Positions 59,897 to 64,000 of a DNA stretch of 64,000 bases are shown here, piece after piece. Under the pieces are notes generated by a model. The model was not told the DNA's origin. It did no database searches and saw nothing but the letters and a program-made list of their open reading frames with translations. The stretch is from NCBI GenBank assembly GCA_007694935.1, contig REES01000041.1, forward strand, positions 440 to 64,439, written 5' to 3'. This DNA is from Rhodospirillales bacterium (lineage in GTDB: Bacteria; Pseudomonadota; Alphaproteobacteria; Rhodospirillales; Defluviicoccaceae). The first letter of the stretch is position 1; every line of letters starts with the position of its first letter. Position numbers and translations under genes: made by a program.

Positions 59897-61297
59897 ATGC
59901 TCGACAAGAAGCTCGCTGCGGCGTTCCAGGAACCTGGCTGCGCCGTCAACCGCGACAAGAGCGACCGCGACCGCAAGCGGGGCTGCTCGGCGGTGACGTT
60001 GCAGCCGGGAGCGGCGGCCGGCGGCTGCGCCTTCGACGGCGCCAAGATCGCCCTTCAGCCCATTGCCGATGCGGCCCACTTGGTGCATGGCCCAATCGCC
60101 TGCGAGGGCAACAGCTGGGACAGCCGCAACGCGCTCTCCAGTGGCCCTGGTCTCTATCGCACCGGCTTCACCACCGACATGTCGGAACTGGACATCATCC
60201 ATGGCGGCGAGCGGCGGCTGTACCGCGCCATCCGTGAGATCGTCGAGCGGTTCCGTCCGCCGGCGGTGTTCGTCTATGTCACCTGCGTCTCGGCCCTGAT
60301 CGGCGACGACGTCGAAGCGGTGTGCCGCATCGCGACCGAACAGTTCGCCACCCCGGTGATCCCGGTGATCGCGCCGGGCTTCGCCGGCTCCAAGAACTTC
60401 GGCAACAAGCTGGCCGGGCGGGCGCTGCTGGACCACGTCATCGGCACCCGGGAGCCGGCGCATCGCACCCCGACTGACATCGCCGTTCTCGGCGAATACA
60501 ACGTCGCCGGTGAGTTGTGGCAGGTGACGCCACTGCTGGACCGTCTCGGCATCCGGATGCTCGCCTCGATCACCGGTGACGGCCGTTATGCCGACGTCGC
60601 CTCGGTCCACCGTGCCCGGGCGGCCATGGTGGTGTGCTCCCAGGCCCTGGTGTCCATGGCGCGGGAGCTGGAAGCCCGCTACGGCATTCCGTTCTTCGAG
60701 GGCTCGTTCTACGGCGTGGGCGAAACCTCGACGGCACTCCGCACCCTGGCGCGCCTGCTCGTGGAGCAGGGTGCGCCGGACGACCTTCTGTCCCGCACCG
60801 AAGCGCTGGTGGCCGAAGAGGAAGCCAGGACGGCGGCCGCGCTTGTGCCTTACCGGGAGCGCCTCGCCGGCAAGCGGGTGCTTCTCTACACCGGCGGGGT
60901 CAAGTCGTGGTCGATGATCGCGGCGCTGCATGAACTCGGCATGGTCGTCATCGGCACCTCGGTCCGCAAGTCGACCGAAGAAGACAAGGCCCGGGCCCGG
61001 GCGCTGATCGGCGCGGAGGCGGACCTGTTCGGCCAGATCCCGGCCAAGGAGCTATATGCGCGGCTGAAGCGGGGCGACGCCGACATTTTGATGTCCGGCG
61101 GCCGCACCCAGTTCGTCGCCCTGAAGACGCGCACGCCCTGGCTGGACATCAACCAGGAGCGTCATCACGGCTACGCCGGCTATACCGGCATGGTCACCTT
61201 CGCCCGCCAGATCGACCGGTGCTTGCACAATCCCATCTGGCGGCAGCTACGCCGACCGGCGCCGTGGGACCGGCCGCGGGAGGCGCACCATGACTGA
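59897..61297 (+). CDS. nifE: FeMo-cofactor biosynthesis scaffold NifE
   Basis: 'GCAFDGA', 'HGPIACEGNSWD' and 'VTCVSALIGDDVEAV'. ATG 59897 follows GGGAGG. The start is only 79 nt after the nifK stop. Confidence 0.93.
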   Translation: MLDKKLAAAFQEPGCAVNRDKSDRDRKRGCSAVTLQPGAAAGGCAFDGAKIALQPIADAAHLVHGPIACEGNSWDSRNALSSGPGLYRTGFTTDMSELDIIHGGERRLYRAIREIVERFRPPAVFVYVTCVSALIGDDVEAVCRIATEQFATPVIPVIAPGFAGSKNFGNKLAGRALLDHVIGTREPAHRTPTDIAVLGEYNVAGELWQVTPLLDRLGIRMLASITGDGRYADVASVHRARAAMVVCSQALVSMARELEARYGIPFFEGSFYGVGETSTALRTLARLLVEQGAPDDLLSRTEALVAEEEARTAAALVPYRERLAGKRVLLYTGGVKSWSMIAALHELGMVVIGTSVRKSTEEDKARARALIGAEADLFGQIPAKELYARLKRGDADILMSGGRTQFVALKTRTPWLDINQERHHGYAGYTGMVTFARQIDRCLHNPIWRQLRRPAPWDRPREAHHD

Positions 61298-62669
61298 CTT
61301 CGGCAAAGTCGCCAAGGCCGCTGCGGTCAATCCGTTGAAGCTGAGCCCGGCGCTGGGTGGAGCGCTCGCATTTCTGGGCATCGATCGCTGCCTGCCGATG
61401 CTGCATGGCGGCCAGGGCTGCACGGCGTTTTCCCTGGTGCTGGCGGTCCGCCATTTCCGCGAGACCATCCCGCTGCAGACCACGGCGATGAGCGAGCTCA
61501 GCACCATCCTCGGCGGTGCCGACAATGTGGAGCAGGCCATCGCCACCATCTACGACCGGGCCCACCCCCGGGTCATCGGCATCTGCACCACCGCGCTCAC
61601 CGAAACCCGAGACGACGACATTTCTGCCGAATTGCCGTTCATCGTCGAACGCCACCCCGAGTGGCAGGACCTGGATGTCATCCTGGCCTCGACCCCCGAT
61701 TACGCCGGCGGCCTGGAAGTAGGCTGGTCACGGGCGGTCACGGCGATGGTGAACGCGCTGGTGGAGCCCGCCGGTCGCCGCCGCACCCTCCGCCGGGTCA
61801 ACCTTCTGGCCGGCAGCCACCTGTCGCCTGGCGATGTCGAGGAACTGCGCGAGACCATCGAGGGGTTTGGGCTCAGGGTGATCGTGCTGCCCGACCTCTC
61901 GGGCTCGCTGGACGGCCACGTCCCCGATGATTTCGTGCCCACCAGCCTGGGCGGCACGCCCGCCGACCTGATCCGCGGCATGGGGGAGTCGGTGATTACC
62001 CTCGCCATCGGCGAACAGATGCGCCCGGCGGCCGAAGCCCTGGCGGAACGAACCGGGGTGCCGTTCACCGTGTTCGATCGGGTGACCGGGCTGGAGGCGT
62101 TCGATGCCTTCGTGGCGGCGCTGATGGAGGTGAGCGGCAACGGCCCCAACGAACGACTTCGCCGGCAGCGGAGCCGCTTGGTGGACGCCATGCTGGACGG
62201 GCACTTTTATTTCGGCGGGCGTAAGGCCGCGGTCGCCGGCGACCCCGACCTCGCTCTGGCCATGAGCGGCATCCTGGCGGACCTCGGGTGCACGGTGGCG
62301 CGGGTGGTGACCACCGCCGCGACCCCGGCAGCCGACCGCGTACCGGCAGAGTCCGTGATGGTCGGCGATCTCGACGACCTGGAACGGGATCTGGGGCCGA
62401 GCCCTGCTTTGATCGTGGCCAGTTCCCACGCCAAGGCCCTGTCGGACCGGCTGGGGGCATCGCTGTTTCGGGCCGGCTTCCCGGTCTACGACCGCCTGGG
62501 CGCGCCGCAGCGGGTCAGTGTCGGCTACCGCGGTACCCGCGACCTGGTGTTCGCCCTCGGCAACCTTCTGATGGAGCATGACGACGCGCATCCGCACCCC
62601 GCGGGTGAGGATCCTGGCGAGAGAGAGAGCGATGGCCGCCACTTCGATGCGACGCTTGCGGCTGGTTGA
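61290..62669 (+). CDS. nifN: FeMo-cofactor biosynthesis scaffold NifN
   Basis: 'NPLKLSPALGGALAFLGIDRCLPMLHGGQGCTAF' is the NifN N-terminus. It overlaps nifE by 8 nt. Confidence 0.93.
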   Translation: MTDFGKVAKAAAVNPLKLSPALGGALAFLGIDRCLPMLHGGQGCTAFSLVLAVRHFRETIPLQTTAMSELSTILGGADNVEQAIATIYDRAHPRVIGICTTALTETRDDDISAELPFIVERHPEWQDLDVILASTPDYAGGLEVGWSRAVTAMVNALVEPAGRRRTLRRVNLLAGSHLSPGDVEELRETIEGFGLRVIVLPDLSGSLDGHVPDDFVPTSLGGTPADLIRGMGESVITLAIGEQMRPAAEALAERTGVPFTVFDRVTGLEAFDAFVAALMEVSGNGPNERLRRQRSRLVDAMLDGHFYFGGRKAAVAGDPDLALAMSGILADLGCTVARVVTTAATPAADRVPAESVMVGDLDDLERDLGPSPALIVASSHAKALSDRLGASLFRAGFPVYDRLGAPQRVSVGYRGTRDLVFALGNLLMEHDDAHPHPAGEDPGERESDGRHFDATLAAG

Positions 62670-62721
62670 CGCCGATTCCAGCAGCCTGTCCGGCCGGACC
62701 GCGGCCGGCGAAGGAGGACAC

Positions 62722-63147
62722 ATGAAGATCGCGTTCGCGACCCAAGACCTCAAGACCATGGATGCACACTTCGCCGGGGCGCGTAACCTGGCGATCTTCG
62801 ATATCGGGCCGGACGGCTACCGGTTCGTCGAGGCGGTCCGCTTCGACATCGCCAGCAACGAGGACGGCCTGCACGCCGAAGCCCACGAAGATCGGCTGAC
62901 GCCGCGGGTGGAGGCGCTGGAGGGCTGCGCGCTGCTGTTCGTGCTGGCCATTGGCGGGCCGGCGGCGGCGCGGGTGGTCAACCGCAAGATCCACCCCGTC
63001 AAGCTGCCGCGCCCCGAACCGATCAGCCAGATCCTGGACCGCCTCCAGGCGATGATCAACGGCACGCCGCCGCCGTGGCTGCGCAAGGCCCTGGGCGGCG
63101 AGCGCACCACCGATCTCGCGTTCCTGGAAGGGGAGTTGCCGCGATGA
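62722..63147 (+). CDS. nifX: NifX (FeMo-co carrier, NifB/NifX family)
   Basis: 'MKIAFATQDLKTMDAHFAGARNLAIFDI' matches the NifX/NafY dinitrogenase cofactor-binding domain. ATG 62722 follows AAGGAGGA. Confidence 0.9.
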   Translation: MKIAFATQDLKTMDAHFAGARNLAIFDIGPDGYRFVEAVRFDIASNEDGLHAEAHEDRLTPRVEALEGCALLFVLAIGGPAAARVVNRKIHPVKLPRPEPISQILDRLQAMINGTPPPWLRKALGGERTTDLAFLEGELPR

Positions 63148-63629
63148 AGGACGCCGCAGCCGCCGTCGCCGCCCCCTCGCCGGCCGATACCGCGGCCCTG
63201 GAGACCTCGTTCATCAGAAGTCTCGTCCGCCAGATCCGGGCCCACGACACCACCGGGATGTGGGACCAGAAGCCCGATACGGCGCTCTTGGCCCCCTTCG
63301 TCCTCACCCGGGAGCAGCGCCGGCAGATCCCGATCATCGCCGACCCGGATGCCAAGGTGCTGTGGCGGTTGGAGCAGTTCTACGATGCCGTGGCTCTGCT
63401 CATTTCCGACGAGGCCGGAGTGATCGCCACGCCGATGCTGCAGCTCTCCCGTGAAGGCTACGGCCGGGTGGTGGTGATTGCCGGCATGCTGGTGGTGCTG
63501 AGCCGCCAGCTCCGGGACGTGCACCGCTTCGGCTTCGACACGCTGACCCATCTTGCGGCCGAAGGCGAGGGTCTGGTGGCGGCGGGGGTCGCCGCGGTCA
63601 ACCGCCACCCCGAAGTGGCCTTGGCCTGA
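63144..63629 (+). CDS. NifX-associated nitrogen fixation protein (DUF269)
   Basis: 'FIRSLVRQIRAHD..G.W......LL.PFV.T.EQRR.IPI..DPD...LWR...FY.AV' is the DUF269 pattern. ATGA overlap with nifX. Confidence 0.85.
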   Translation: MKDAAAAVAAPSPADTAALETSFIRSLVRQIRAHDTTGMWDQKPDTALLAPFVLTREQRRQIPIIADPDAKVLWRLEQFYDAVALLISDEAGVIATPMLQLSREGYGRVVVIAGMLVVLSRQLRDVHRFGFDTLTHLAAEGEGLVAAGVAAVNRHPEVALA

Positions 63630-63672
63630 TCACAAGCTCTCACAACAGCGATAGCAGAGGAGGGACGCGACC

Positions 63673-63966
63673 ATGACAACCGTGCAGTATCTCACCCGGG
63701 ACGGCACGCCGTGGCAGCCGGCCTACGTGGACTCCGTGGACCCCAAGGCCTGCATCGGCTGCGGTCGCTGCTTCAAGGTATGCGGCCAGGGTGTGTTCCG
63801 GATGATGGGCGTGGATGAGGACGGTGGCCTGATCGCCGCGGACGACGACGACGCCGAACGGATGGTGATGACCGTCAGCGATGAGGGCAGGGGCAAGTGC
63901 ATCGGCTGTGGCGCTTGTACCCGGGTCTGTGGCAAGAGCGCGCAGGTGATCGCCGCTGTCGCCTGA
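63673..63966 (+). CDS. fdxB: nif-specific ferredoxin III (2x[4Fe-4S])
   Basis: 'YLTRDGTPWQPAYV', 'CIGCGRCFKVCG', an acidic insert 'DDDDAERMVM' and 'CIGCGACTRVCG'. Confidence 0.9.
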   Translation: MTTVQYLTRDGTPWQPAYVDSVDPKACIGCGRCFKVCGQGVFRMMGVDEDGGLIAADDDDAERMVMTVSDEGRGKCIGCGACTRVCGKSAQVIAAVA

Positions 63967-64000
63967 CCCGAGGTCGCGGTTGACCGAAACCGCGCTTCGT

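Noticed and set aside
58270-60045. 591-aa minus-strand ORF
   Set aside because: It is antisense to nifK. This is a shadow frame.

Overview
Very GC-rich, densely coding chromosomal segment that looks alphaproteobacterial (Rhodospirillales-like, judged from gene content and protein motifs). I support about 60 protein genes and one tRNA-Gly(CCC). I see no rRNA, CRISPR array, transposase, integrase or prophage genes, so this reads as core chromosome rather than an island. Many long ORFs in the track are antisense or frame-shadow artefacts of the high GC content. In order, the window holds: a CoA-transferase/acyl-CoA dehydrogenase block; a DgcN/DgcA-like pair; rsmB, htpX, rnhB; olsBA (ornithine lipid); hbd-etfAB; uppP; gltBD; a Pat-like lysine acetyltransferase divergent from an AMP-forming acyl-CoA synthetase plus ACP; a YafK-like L,D-transpeptidase-fold gene next to a Braun-lipoprotein (Lpp) homologue; ferritin-like/bcp genes; an MFS transporter; a four-gene Na+-translocating biotin decarboxylase cluster (mmdA-oadG-like-BCCP-oadB-like); tRNA-Gly; a radical SAM gene; a triple-DUF2934 protein; two tandem family III CoA-transferases with a MaoC-like hydratase and a CitE-like lyase; asd; a pentapeptide-repeat protein; PepSY plus an OmpR-type regulator and a histidine kinase, followed by three small secreted repeat proteins of no family I recognise; and finally draT-draG divergent from nifHDKENX-DUF269-fdxB, with a consensus sigma-54 promoter and two NifA UAS motifs. 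The best candidates for something undescribed are (1) the PepSY/two-component module with its three secreted Gly/Thr-repeat ORFs, (2) the Lpp-like/YafK-like pair in an alphaproteobacterial background, and (3) the Na+-pump decarboxylase cluster in a diazotroph. All functional calls come from reading motifs in the translations. No database search was possible.
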